From positions 352,001-416,000 of the forward strand of contig JBEKFP010000002.1 of NCBI GenBank assembly GCA_050013255.1: a DNA stretch of 64,000 nt, written 5' to 3'. A model generated the notes under the pieces. The model was given only the letters and a program-made list of their open reading frames with translations. It was not told the DNA's origin and ran no database searches. A program made the translations under genes and the position numbers. This document shows positions 47,678 through 56,867 of this stretch, piece by piece (within the stretch, counting starts at the first letter, position 1; every line of letters starts with the position of its first letter). The DNA is from Candidatus Bathyarchaeia archaeon (lineage in GTDB: Archaea > Thermoproteota > Bathyarchaeia > 40CM-2-53-6).

Positions 47678-49910
47678 CTTTCACTTTGAAGAGCTCGTTA
47701 AGGCGTTGTTTATCATATCCTAAAGGGGACAGTAAGGCAGCGGTTGAATCGATCAAAAGCTGCTTGTACTTTTGCACATCGTATTGCACTGGCCCATCAA
47801 TCAGTTCACTCGTCAACACAGCATTTCCGGACAAACCATTCGCCTCTTGAAGTATGTAAGAAACGTTTTGCCCTGCGGAGATTTGTACACCTTCGCTGAC
47901 GAGTTGCTTCGCCGCGATAGCCTGCATCACATTATGCCTGTATTCTGTCGGGTTCTTGGAAAGCTGTTTCGTTATGAAAAGGTCCTGCAGATCCACTTGC
48001 CCATTTCGCAGTCTGTCTATGTGTTCGTGGACAAGCTTGAGAGCCCCAGGAATATGCATGCGATAGTCAGCGCAATTGCACGCTGAGGCTAGGTAATTGA
48101 TCACGTCGCTTTGGCATGTCTTAACTATGGGTGGTGTGTCTCGTCGGCGGTACTCTATGCCGCGGACCTTGATTTTTCCATTCCTGAAGGCACCGTAGTA
48201 TCTGTTAAGAACAGGAAACTCAGCGTGAACTTTCGAGGGGAGAAACATGATCCAGCGGTAAATTCCCTTAAACGAAATTGGAAGGCCTAATCTCCTCTCA
48301 ATAGTCTCGCACAAGTTGACGTAGTCACTTTCACCAGCATTGTTTCTCTTCAACCATACTGAATCCACGATCCCGTGAACAACTGAGAATCCACGCTCCT
48401 GGGCAATCTCAATGGTTTCACGAAGAACCTTGCGTGCGAAGGCGCATACAGCTATGTGCGCATCGATCTTTCCGAAACGTGCATTCTTGTAGCCAAGATA
48501 ACCAAACGATGTAATTAGCGACCATTTGAGTGCAGCCTGTCTTTGATCGTAAATATTCCTTAAGTTCGGATCGTTTGTCTTACTCATCAACGTCTTGTAT
48601 TCAGCGCGTTTGTGGAGCAGTATTCGTAGTGTGTGTGGAACTATTCCAATCTTCTTCTCGCAGATGTTGTAGTTTAGTTCCGGGACTCTTTCTCGAGTCT
48701 CGCTGTGGGCGCAGCATTGGCAGTCAATGCATTCGGGTGTGAGGTTGTATCTCATCATGAGCGTTGGGTATAGCGATGCGTAGTCTATCTCGCCTACATT
48801 ATCGAAGAGGCCAACTTTAGGTTCTAATATGAAACCGCCGCGGTCGGCTTTTAACAGTTCACTTGCGGTTTTGAAATTCTCGGGCTCGTTTTTCCTCCAG
48901 GGGATCAAGATGTCGCGGCGAAAGGCTTGGTACATTTGAAGTGAGGTCATGTTGGTGCCGATGGTTTCACGGGACGCCCGGTGCAACGGTGTGCGGCATG
49001 TTCGGGATATCTCGAAGAGTCCTTGGAGCCCGCTGTCTTCGAAGATGAAATCATTGAATGCGTCTAGGTGAAGCCTGCCGAGCAGGTGAACGGGTGTGGG
49101 TTTGTAGTAGATTCGCCCATACGAAAAGTATGATTTCCCCTGTTTATGCGCAGATTTCAGATGCCGTCCTTCGCGGTCAAGGATCAACTGTGATAGTATC
49201 TGATTCTGAAAGGCTCTTTGAATTAAGTACGGGAATAGGAAAGAGTCACCGTTCTTTGTGAGAATTATGTCAGGGTCCGCCTCCTTAACTGACCTTACTA
49301 ATTCAAGTAGTTTATCTGCCTCTGAACCAGCTTCAATTTTCAAGGCACCGCTAGAAGCTTCAACAGTCATTGACGCAATTGGGTCGCGAAAAGTCGGCGT
49401 CTTTTCAGATTTCTGAACGTGAAGCGAAATAGTTGCGCCCCTCAGCGGGGGCGTTTCGTATCGGCATGAGTACGCGTCGTCAAGCAATTCCCAATCTATG
49501 CCAGCGCTTCCGGCTTGTGCTCGGACAAAGGCAAGTGGGAAGAGGTTTTTCTCGTATAGGTATAGTTGAGTGGTTGGAATGTCAACGTTGAATAGCCGAG
49601 CATTGATCAAACACGTGGGATTGAGGCTTTGTAGGAACGTTTTGATGTCGCTTGAGCGTTGAAAAGTTAAGCGGAGAACCTTAGTTCGTTCGAAGTCATT
49701 TGGACTCACGTATTTGTAATCGACTGTGCGTTCTATCTCAAAACCGCAATTCGTAAGAAAAGCAGGAAGGCTTTCCGAATTTCTAGTCCACTCGTAAATG
49801 CTTGGGCGCCATGAGTCGAGTAGGCGGATCGGCTCACCCTTACGAGTTATCAACCAGATGACCATTCCGCCCTGAGGCGCCGGATAGAGATCAAAGAGCC
49901 ACCCTTCCAA
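47670..49910 (-). CDS. polB2: Family B DNA polymerase, PolB2 subfamily
   Basis: GWLFDLYP start, DYASLYP, ALKW-x-FGYLGY, HGIVDS in place of YGDTDS, KVRGIEYRRRD. Degenerate exonuclease domain. Confidence 0.88.
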   Translation of the reverse strand: MEGWLFDLYPAPQGGMVIWLITRKGEPIRLLDSWRPSIYEWTRNSESLPAFLTNCGFEIERTVDYKYVSPNDFERTKVLRLTFQRSSDIKTFLQSLNPTCLINARLFNVDIPTTQLYLYEKNLFPLAFVRAQAGSAGIDWELLDDAYSCRYETPPLRGATISLHVQKSEKTPTFRDPIASMTVEASSGALKIEAGSEADKLLELVRSVKEADPDIILTKNGDSFLFPYLIQRAFQNQILSQLILDREGRHLKSAHKQGKSYFSYGRIYYKPTPVHLLGRLHLDAFNDFIFEDSGLQGLFEISRTCRTPLHRASRETIGTNMTSLQMYQAFRRDILIPWRKNEPENFKTASELLKADRGGFILEPKVGLFDNVGEIDYASLYPTLMMRYNLTPECIDCQCCAHSETRERVPELNYNICEKKIGIVPHTLRILLHKRAEYKTLMSKTNDPNLRNIYDQRQAALKWSLITSFGYLGYKNARFGKIDAHIAVCAFARKVLRETIEIAQERGFSVVHGIVDSVWLKRNNAGESDYVNLCETIERRLGLPISFKGIYRWIMFLPSKVHAEFPVLNRYYGAFRNGKIKVRGIEYRRRDTPPIVKTCQSDVINYLASACNCADYRMHIPGALKLVHEHIDRLRNGQVDLQDLFITKQLSKNPTEYRHNVMQAIAAKQLVSEGVQISAGQNVSYILQEANGLSGNAVLTSELIDGPVQYDVQKYKQLLIDSTAALLSPLGYDKQRLNELFKVKAS

Positions 49911-49925
49911 AACAAGTGCCCGCCG

Positions 49926-51005
49926 TCATGCGTTAAGCGATGCAGGAAAGTGGTCGAGTTTTAGGTCTGATCGACCGATTGTGAAGGCGAGTTTATCGGT
50001 GATTCGTGTCGGGCACGGTTTGAGTGGGTGTTTTTCGAGCAAGAATGTAGTATCCTGTCCTGTTCGCTCGGCTTTGAGCACAACCCGTGCACGGCTCGTG
50101 AGGAATTGGCGAAGTGATGCTTCATGGTTATTTTTGCTTAAAGGGCAAGTTACGACGATGGCAACGTCGTTTTCGTATGAAAATCGGGCTAAGAATGCGG
50201 AGAGAAAATTGACCGTCTGCTTTGCCTCTTTAAAGTCCACATCTGTATCCAGGAACATGCACAGGAGATTTGCTATGACAATTAGCCCTACTTTCTCTTC
50301 ACCGAGAAGTTCAGGCAGTTTTTCTAAGATGAGGTTTACAAGCTGGTAGCATGTGAAGGCACGGGACACCTTAATTCTGCTAAGAACCTCATCGCGATCT
50401 AACTGAAGGACGCTAGCGTAGTCTGATACTTGGTACAAATCAAAAGTGTTCCCGCCGTCAATGAACACGCTTGCCGCATTGAACCCGCCCAAATCCACTG
50501 GCAGCTGCGACCGGACGCAAAGGTGTTCAGCGATCGATTGACACGCATTTTCGCCATATAGAACCGTTAATTGGCCACTATAAACGCCCCCGCACTCATC
50601 TAGATAATTCCCGAAACTTAATCGGGAACCTTTAGACAACGCGGCCTTCTGGAATGTTTGCGTAGTTTCATTAGTCAATAGTGATTTAAGGCCGGAAGTC
50701 TGTGTGCCGCTAATATTTCGCACGTGGTTGTTTCTTAGGAGAACACCAACGGGTACTCGTGTGCTAAGCGCTTGACATTTTAGCGATGCCTCCAACTCAA
50801 AATGGCAGCCAGGGCATTTGTTGAAAGTGGTGTACAGGAAGCTTTGAGGTTGCTCCAACTTGTTACGTAGGGCTAAGACGGAATTGCAAACGTCGCAGTA
50901 GTAAACGTACACAATTCGTGTAGGAAATTCTTCAGAGCAAAAGTTCGGGTCGGCAATGCACGGTGCTAGCTCCTGCAATTGCCCGATTCTATGGTCGCTA
51001 TCCAT
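49926..51005 (-). CDS. Inactivated RadA/RecA-fold protein with an N-terminal zinc ribbon (PolB2-associated)
   Basis: FIDGGNTFD and SRAFTCYQL are present, Walker A is degenerate (LYGENAC), and CDVC...CPGC lies at the N-terminus. Confidence 0.8.
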   Translation of the reverse strand: MDSDHRIGQLQELAPCIADPNFCSEEFPTRIVYVYYCDVCNSVLALRNKLEQPQSFLYTTFNKCPGCHFELEASLKCQALSTRVPVGVLLRNNHVRNISGTQTSGLKSLLTNETTQTFQKAALSKGSRLSFGNYLDECGGVYSGQLTVLYGENACQSIAEHLCVRSQLPVDLGGFNAASVFIDGGNTFDLYQVSDYASVLQLDRDEVLSRIKVSRAFTCYQLVNLILEKLPELLGEEKVGLIVIANLLCMFLDTDVDFKEAKQTVNFLSAFLARFSYENDVAIVVTCPLSKNNHEASLRQFLTSRARVVLKAERTGQDTTFLLEKHPLKPCPTRITDKLAFTIGRSDLKLDHFPASLNA

Positions 51006-51076
51006 AACGGCGAATGTTTCGGCGAAGGCTGAATAACAACGTAAGCCCCGTGTTACATGGGGTGAGGTAGCTCAAA

Positions 51077-52051
51077 CTATCGGCTTGCTCGGCGCTTAGT
51101 GACTAGCTTGCGGCCGGCGGAGTAAGGATCTATTTTGTTCGCCTCCACCTGTTTCATGATTTTCTGAAACAGTTCGGATGATGCTATCTCCTTTAATGAT
51201 ATCTCCTCAAAATACTGCTTGGCTGCCTCAAGCACCTCCGAGCGCAACCGGTCTTCTTTCGCCTTCCCCAACCCATCAGAGTCCTTAAGGTATTTTGAGT
51301 GCTGGTTTATGGCCTCCACAAGGCCAGTGACTCCTTCTCCGGACATCGCGACCGTCTTCAGGACGCGTGGCCGCCAGCCTCGGAAATGTTCGGACATCAT
51401 GATCATTTGGTCAATTTCTTGCGCTGCGCGGTCCGCATTCTCCCTATCGGCCTTGTTGACGACGAAGATATCAGCGATTTCCATAATGCCCGCTTTCAAC
51501 GCTTGAATTTCGTCCCCCATCCCGGGGGCAGTTACAACGATTGTGGTATGGGCGAGTTGCTTCACATCTACATCAGACTGACCCGCTCCCGCTGTTTCAA
51601 CAATCACATAGTCCATCGCTGACGCGTCGAGGATTCGAACCGCGTCCTCCGTTGCTCTTGCAATTCCTCCAAAATGCCCGCGAGTAGCCATGCTCCTGAT
51701 GAAGACTCGGGGGTCCGACGCGAGTTCTCCCATCCTAATTCGATCACCGAGCAAGGCTCCACCAGTTATGTGACTTGATGGGTCGACGGCAACAATTCCT
51801 ACACTGCGGCCAGCATCTCTGTAACGCTTCGCGAGCTGTGCGATTAGCGTGCTCTTTCCACATCCTGGCGGACCAGTTATACCAATGATCTGAGCCTTCC
51901 CAGCAAGCCAGTACAAGCTGGAAAGAATCGTAATTCTCGCAAGAGGATCATTTTCCGCAGTCGACATTAACTGCGATATGGCACGTCGATCGCCATGCAC
52001 AGCTTTTCGAATTAATGTGTTGGGTGTTGATTTTGCATGGGATTTAGGCAC
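51077..52051 (-). CDS. meaB: Methylmalonyl-CoA mutase-associated GTPase MeaB
   Basis: GITGPPGCGKS, VDPSS-x-GGALLGDRIRM, FIRSMATRG, KAGIMEIAD, NKAD. Confidence 0.95.
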   Translation of the reverse strand: MPKSHAKSTPNTLIRKAVHGDRRAISQLMSTAENDPLARITILSSLYWLAGKAQIIGITGPPGCGKSTLIAQLAKRYRDAGRSVGIVAVDPSSHITGGALLGDRIRMGELASDPRVFIRSMATRGHFGGIARATEDAVRILDASAMDYVIVETAGAGQSDVDVKQLAHTTIVVTAPGMGDEIQALKAGIMEIADIFVVNKADRENADRAAQEIDQMIMMSEHFRGWRPRVLKTVAMSGEGVTGLVEAINQHSKYLKDSDGLGKAKEDRLRSEVLEAAKQYFEEISLKEIASSELFQKIMKQVEANKIDPYSAGRKLVTKRRASR

Positions 52052-52075
52052 GAGTGTGGGCGCCTCGTTATCTTC

Positions 52076-53665
52076 CTAGATAATGGTCTTGGGATGAAAC
52101 TCCCCATATTCCTCTCTTATGACATCGCTTATTTCGCCAGTGGTACCCCCGGACTTTACAGCGCTGATTATCAAAGGCATCACGTTGATGTCGTCCTCCA
52201 AAGCCTTCTGAAGCTTTCTGAGGCTGCGAAGTAGCCGAGTTTTGTGGCGTTTTCGTTTGAAAGCTTTGGTGCGGGAGATCTGCCGGCGTACTGCTGCCGG
52301 AGCGATCTTATGGAGGGTGATGTGGTACGGTTTCGGGTCAACATATACGTTAACCCCGACTATCTTGTTAGCTCGCGATTCTATTCCCATTTGCCTCTTG
52401 AAGGCGCTATCGCGAATCTGGTTCTGGATGTATCCGCTCTGGATTGCTTTGACAGCACCGCCTAATTTGTCGACTTGATGTATCTCGGCTTTGGCTTCGC
52501 TCTCAATCTTGTTCGTTAGAGATTCCACGTAGAAGCTCCCACCCAATGGGTCAATTGCCTTTGTCACGCCACTTTCGAAGGCTATTATCTGCTGCGTTCG
52601 GAGGGCTATTTTCACGGCTTCCTCTGTAGGTAAAGATAACGCTTCGTCGAGGGAATTTGTGTGCAGGGATTGTGTGCCCCCTAAAACCGCTCCCAAAGCT
52701 TGTATAGCTACGCGCACAATGTTGTTTTGCGGTTGCTGTGCAGTCAACGTTTCACCGCTAGTCTGAGTATGGAAACGTAGCTTCATAGACTCAGGATTCT
52801 TCGAGTGGAATTTCTCTTTCATCATATGCGCCCATATGCGACGCGCTGCACGGAACTTCGCTATCTCTTCCAGGAAATCGTTATGGCATGCAAAGAAGAA
52901 GGACAAGTGTGGTGCGAAATCGTCGACCTCCAATCCTCGCTTAATGCAAGCACGAACGTACTCCTCTGCGTTTGCAAACGCGTAAGCGAGTTCCTGGACT
53001 GCGCTTGAGCCACTTTCCCTTATGTGGTATCCGCTTATGCTGATTGGGTGCCACATCGGCATCTGCTTCGCACAAAATTCGATAATGTCCACAGACAACC
53101 TCAAGGATTGCTCGGGAGGGAAAATGTAGGTATTTCGTGCGATGTACTCTTTGAGAATATCATTCTGCGTCGTTCCCCGCAATCGTGAAAGTGGAACCCC
53201 CTGCGAAGTCCCAACCGCAGCATACATCGCCAGCATTATGGCCGCCGTAGCGTTAATGGTCATCGAAGTACTGACCATTCCAAGCTTGATGCCTTGGAAA
53301 AGCAATCGCATATCTTCCACGGAACTGATGGGTACTCCTACCCGGCCCACTTCGCCCTCGGCTCTCGGGCTGTCTGAATCATACCCCAATTGAGTCGGAA
53401 GGTCAAAGGCGACGCTGAGCCCGGTTTGTCCTTGCTTTATCAGAAACCTGAAACGCCTATTCGTGGCTTCCGCGCTACCAAACCCCGAATACTGCCTCAT
53501 CGTCCAGAGCCGCGAACGGTACATTTCAGGGTAGATACCGCGCGTAAATGGAAATTTGCCCGGTTCACCCAGAATGCCTTTGGGGTAGCGAGGACTGGAA
53601 TCTGACCCGTCGTAATGCTGCTTCCCTGGCAGGCCAGGCGAAGAAGAACTCTTCCCTCCCTTCAA
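52076..53665 (-). CDS. Acyl-CoA mutase large (substrate-binding) subunit, methylmalonyl-CoA type
   Basis: PFTRG, WTMRQYSGF, QNDILKEYIAR, ISGYHIRE, LGGTQSLHTN. No fused B12 domain. Confidence 0.92.
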   Translation of the reverse strand: MKGGKSSSSPGLPGKQHYDGSDSSPRYPKGILGEPGKFPFTRGIYPEMYRSRLWTMRQYSGFGSAEATNRRFRFLIKQGQTGLSVAFDLPTQLGYDSDSPRAEGEVGRVGVPISSVEDMRLLFQGIKLGMVSTSMTINATAAIMLAMYAAVGTSQGVPLSRLRGTTQNDILKEYIARNTYIFPPEQSLRLSVDIIEFCAKQMPMWHPISISGYHIRESGSSAVQELAYAFANAEEYVRACIKRGLEVDDFAPHLSFFFACHNDFLEEIAKFRAARRIWAHMMKEKFHSKNPESMKLRFHTQTSGETLTAQQPQNNIVRVAIQALGAVLGGTQSLHTNSLDEALSLPTEEAVKIALRTQQIIAFESGVTKAIDPLGGSFYVESLTNKIESEAKAEIHQVDKLGGAVKAIQSGYIQNQIRDSAFKRQMGIESRANKIVGVNVYVDPKPYHITLHKIAPAAVRRQISRTKAFKRKRHKTRLLRSLRKLQKALEDDINVMPLIISAVKSGGTTGEISDVIREEYGEFHPKTII

Positions 53666-53773
53666 AGTTGCACGAACAATCCTAGGAACCAGGCACGTAT
53701 ATGACCTTGAAGGAAAACGCTCTCAGATCACCCAAAAGAACATTAACGCCCCTCCTCTGAACTTTCTAAGTTC

Positions 53774-55546
53774 GTGTGGAAACAAATGCCACCAAAACGA
53801 AAAATGAATTACTGGGCCAAGAAAGTTGAGCAAATTGCAGCCGCCAAAAAGAAACAGGGCAGGCTGTACAACCGCAAGGAGCTCCATTCCATCGCGCGAA
53901 AGCAGCGCAAATGGAGCCAAGGCGCTCTCACGGAATGGTTGGTAAAAGCACCTGAGCGCAGGGAAGCCTTCGAGAATCCCTCAGGAATCCCCATCAAGCG
54001 CATCTATGGTCCCACTGATGTGTCGCACCACGATTATCCTCGTGATGTTGGATTACCCGGCGATTTTCCATACACCCGTGGAATTTACCCTACCATGTAC
54101 AGGGGTCGCCCGTGGACTATGCGAATGTTCTCAGGTTACGGGAGCCCTGAGGAAACCAACGCCCGCCTAAAGTACCTCCTTAAAGAAGGCGAAACTGGAC
54201 TGAGCATCGCTTTCGACATGCCCACCTTGTATGGAATTGACGCTGACCATCCGAGAGCGGAAGGCGAGGTTGGCAAATGCGGCGTTTCCGTATCGTCACT
54301 CAAAGACATGGAGGCTATCTTCGATGGTATTCCGCTTGATCAGGTCAGCACTTCAATGACAATCAACGCGCCGGCTTCGGTCCTAACTTGTATGTATGTT
54401 GCAGTCGCAGATGGACGCGGATTGAGGTCAAGAAAACTGCGCGGCACCGTGCAGACGGATATTCTCAAGGAGTATGCTGCCCAAAAAGAGTGGGTGTATC
54501 CCCCTGAAGCCCATCTCCGAATTATCCGTGACATGATGCTTTACTCCACAAAACACCTCCCGCAATGGAACTATGTCAGCATAAGCGGATACCACATTCG
54601 AGAAGCTGGTTCAAGCGCCTTGCAAGAACTGGCTTTTACACTGGCCGATGGTTTTGCATATGTAGACCTAGGCCTCGAGGCTGGGTTGAAGGTGGATAAT
54701 TTTGCCCCCAGGCTGTCGTTCTTCTTTAACTGCGGAATGGATTTCTTCGAGGAAATTGCAAAATTCCGGGCTGCCCGACGAATCTGGTCTAAAGTTCTCA
54801 AGGAAAAATACCATGCGAAGGACCCAAGGTCAATGCTGATGCGATTTCACACTCAGACATCGGGCGTATCGTTGACATGGCAACAACCACTCAACAACAT
54901 CGTAAGAACTGCGGTAGAGGGCTTAGCCGCAGTAATGGGTGGAACACAATCTTTGCACACAAACGCCTACGATGAAGCCTGGGCTCTGCCAACACAGCAG
55001 GCTGCCTTAATTGCGCTGAGAACGCAGCAACTCCTGGCCGAAGAGACAGGTGTTGCGAACGTAATTGACCCTCTCGGCGGGTCTTATTATGTAGAATCGC
55101 TAACGGATGAAATGGAACAGCGAACATTCGAGTATCTCGCGAAAATCGAGGACATCGGCGGTATTCTGGCCGCCATCAAGAAAGGTTTCATCCAAAGAGA
55201 AATCGCAGACACCTCATACAAGTATCAACGTCAGATGGAAGAAGGCAAGAGAGTTATTGTGGGAGTCAATGCCTACGAAATGAATGAAGCTTCTCCTATT
55301 GAGACTCTAAGAATCGACGAAAAGGTGCGCCAGAGCCAGGTAAAGAGGTTAAATGAAGTCAAAAATACTAGGGATGCCACCGCGGTGAAAAACTCTTTAG
55401 AACAACTGCGCTCCTCTTTCGCGGATCCTGATTCAAACAGTATTTACCCGATGCTTAAAGCCGTCAAATCCTATGCGACACTTGGAGAGATCGTTGACGT
55501 TGGGAGAAAAGTGTTCGGGGACTGGAAGGAACCCTCGATACTCTGA
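53774..55546 (+). CDS. Acyl-CoA mutase large subunit, isobutyryl-CoA mutase-like (Phe/Gln)
   Basis: PYTRG, WTMRMFSGY, QTDILKEYAAQKEW, ISGYHIRE, GGTQSLHTN. Start may be 53786. Confidence 0.9.
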   Translation: MWKQMPPKRKMNYWAKKVEQIAAAKKKQGRLYNRKELHSIARKQRKWSQGALTEWLVKAPERREAFENPSGIPIKRIYGPTDVSHHDYPRDVGLPGDFPYTRGIYPTMYRGRPWTMRMFSGYGSPEETNARLKYLLKEGETGLSIAFDMPTLYGIDADHPRAEGEVGKCGVSVSSLKDMEAIFDGIPLDQVSTSMTINAPASVLTCMYVAVADGRGLRSRKLRGTVQTDILKEYAAQKEWVYPPEAHLRIIRDMMLYSTKHLPQWNYVSISGYHIREAGSSALQELAFTLADGFAYVDLGLEAGLKVDNFAPRLSFFFNCGMDFFEEIAKFRAARRIWSKVLKEKYHAKDPRSMLMRFHTQTSGVSLTWQQPLNNIVRTAVEGLAAVMGGTQSLHTNAYDEAWALPTQQAALIALRTQQLLAEETGVANVIDPLGGSYYVESLTDEMEQRTFEYLAKIEDIGGILAAIKKGFIQREIADTSYKYQRQMEEGKRVIVGVNAYEMNEASPIETLRIDEKVRQSQVKRLNEVKNTRDATAVKNSLEQLRSSFADPDSNSIYPMLKAVKSYATLGEIVDVGRKVFGDWKEPSIL

Positions 55547-55581
55547 ACTTCGGAGGTGGAAAGATCTCAACAACAGGGTTG

Positions 55582-56022
55582 ATGGATAGGAAGACCCAGC
55601 CGAGAAAGATTAGGGTGCTTGTGGCAAAGCCCGGGCTCGCGTAAAACCTACGGCCAAACGGGCACGACCGTGGCGCCCTTGTTCTGTGCAGGGCACTCCG
55701 AGATGCTGGGATGGAGGTAATCTACGCAGGGCTCTTGGCTAGCCCTGAACAAGTCGCCCAGATGGCCATAGATGAGGACGTTGATGTTGTCGCTATGAGT
55801 CTACTCAACGGGGCACACATGACCGCGTTCCCGAAAGTCGCGAAGGCGCTAAAAGAGAAACGGGCAAGCGACATACTGCTTGTAGGTGGCGGCATTATTC
55901 CCGAGGAAGATAAACCAAGACTAGAAAGGTTGGGAATAACGGGAAATTTCGGCCCAGGCACAACTCTGAAAGCGATCGTCGACCACATAGTGGTCCGCGT
56001 TCAGAAGGAACGCTGGAAGTAG
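55582..56022 (+). CDS. Cobalamin-binding small subunit of acyl-CoA mutase, join(55582..55639,55658..56022), 140 aa after splicing
   Basis: KIRVLVAKPGL|D|GHDRGA...ALRDAGMEVIY, EDVDVVAMS-x-GAH, GGIIP, FGPGT. Interrupted by an 18-nt insertion containing TAA. Confidence 0.9.
55640..55657 (+). other. 18-nt bulge-helix-bulge (tRNA-type) intron in an mRNA
   Basis: GCCCG-GGCT-CG^C-GTA-AAACC-TAC-GGCC-AA^A-CGGGC: exon stem, 4-bp helix, two 3-nt bulges and intron stem-loop. Excision regenerates GAC (Asp). Confidence 0.85.
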
Positions 56023-56180
56023 CCTCAGTATTCAGCACATTAGGCTACTTTATCGAAATGCTCGATGTCGAGTATAGGATCCCGTGCGTTTGGCCCTTTC
56101 CCTGAAACCTAGGCGAAACCTTGTCGCCAATTGCAAGTAACAATCGTTTTTTGACTTCGATGTTGTAGGGCAGAACTCCT

Positions 56181-56867
56181 CTACTTGGTTTTCTGACCAA
56201 ATCGTTCCTTGACCCAGACTCGTATCGGTTCGAGTTGTTTCCTCATTCGTGCTTTTTCTTCCTCTGATCTTCTGCTCCGCGGGGGTCCTGACGGAACGAA
56301 GTAGATGTCCATGGGATTGCCGCTGGGCTGATCGACGAACTTGATTTCCACATTCATGTCGCACTCTGCGTCTTCTGGCTCGATGCCCACTAGGCGGCCC
56401 GCGATCAGAGTGTTCGCCCCTTCAACTCTGACATACGCCAATATGAAAGGCAGATCCGCCAGAAATGCTTCGCCTGCGAAGCCAAGGACTGTGAAGCAGT
56501 GAAGCGTGCCACGCATTGGCATCTCTACCCACTGAGTCTCAATAAGACGACACTTGTTCCTCCAGCAGTGCGCTCTCGGCGGGCAGAATACGTCTCCGCA
56601 TTTCGGACACTTAGTTCCGAACAGCTTCTTCTCGAGCAGTTCCTCAAAGAATTTTGAGACCAGTCCGTAACTGTGCTCGTACATCACATCCCATGGCCGG
56701 TTGACGAGCATGTATCTTGCTCTTTCGAGCTTGTCAGGTCTTGGGCCCTTGTCCCCTTCGATGATCTTGTAGCCGGCCACGTTCCACTTCCCAAGCCGGC
56801 CCCATTCACTCCATTTCTCATCGGGCTTCTTCTCTTTGAGAACTTTGTCAGGTTGCATTTCCATCAC
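56181..56867 (-). CDS. DUF35-family zinc-ribbon/OB-fold protein (thiolase partner)
   Basis: KFFEEL, KCPKCG-x-PPRAHC, GTLHCFT, PFILAYV. Confidence 0.85.
   Translation of the reverse strand: MMEMQPDKVLKEKKPDEKWSEWGRLGKWNVAGYKIIEGDKGPRPDKLERARYMLVNRPWDVMYEHSYGLVSKFFEELLEKKLFGTKCPKCGDVFCPPRAHCWRNKCRLIETQWVEMPMRGTLHCFTVLGFAGEAFLADLPFILAYVRVEGANTLIAGRLVGIEPEDAECDMNVEIKFVDQPSGNPMDIYFVPSGPPRSRRSEEEKARMRKQLEPIRVWVKERFGQKTK

Noticed and set aside
11280-49910. Inteins in aIF5B, Lhr or PolB2
   Set aside because: Protein lengths are normal, and I saw no C...HN splice junctions or LAGLIDADG motifs.
51625-51645. tRNA T-loop-like GGATTCGAACC
   Set aside because: It lies inside meaB and has no surrounding cloverleaf. 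I found no tRNA, rRNA, CRISPR array or transposase in the window.
55642-55644. Stop-codon readthrough (Sec/Pyl) in the B12-binding subunit
   Set aside because: The codon is TAA, not TGA or TAG. Readthrough would leave six extra residues and no Asp in DxHxxG. BHB excision explains both the stop and the motif.
55711-56022. The 103-aa ORF as the complete gene, or a simple pseudogene
   Set aside because: It lacks the cobalt-ligand His. The upstream sequence encodes the conserved N-terminus in the same frame with no other lesion.
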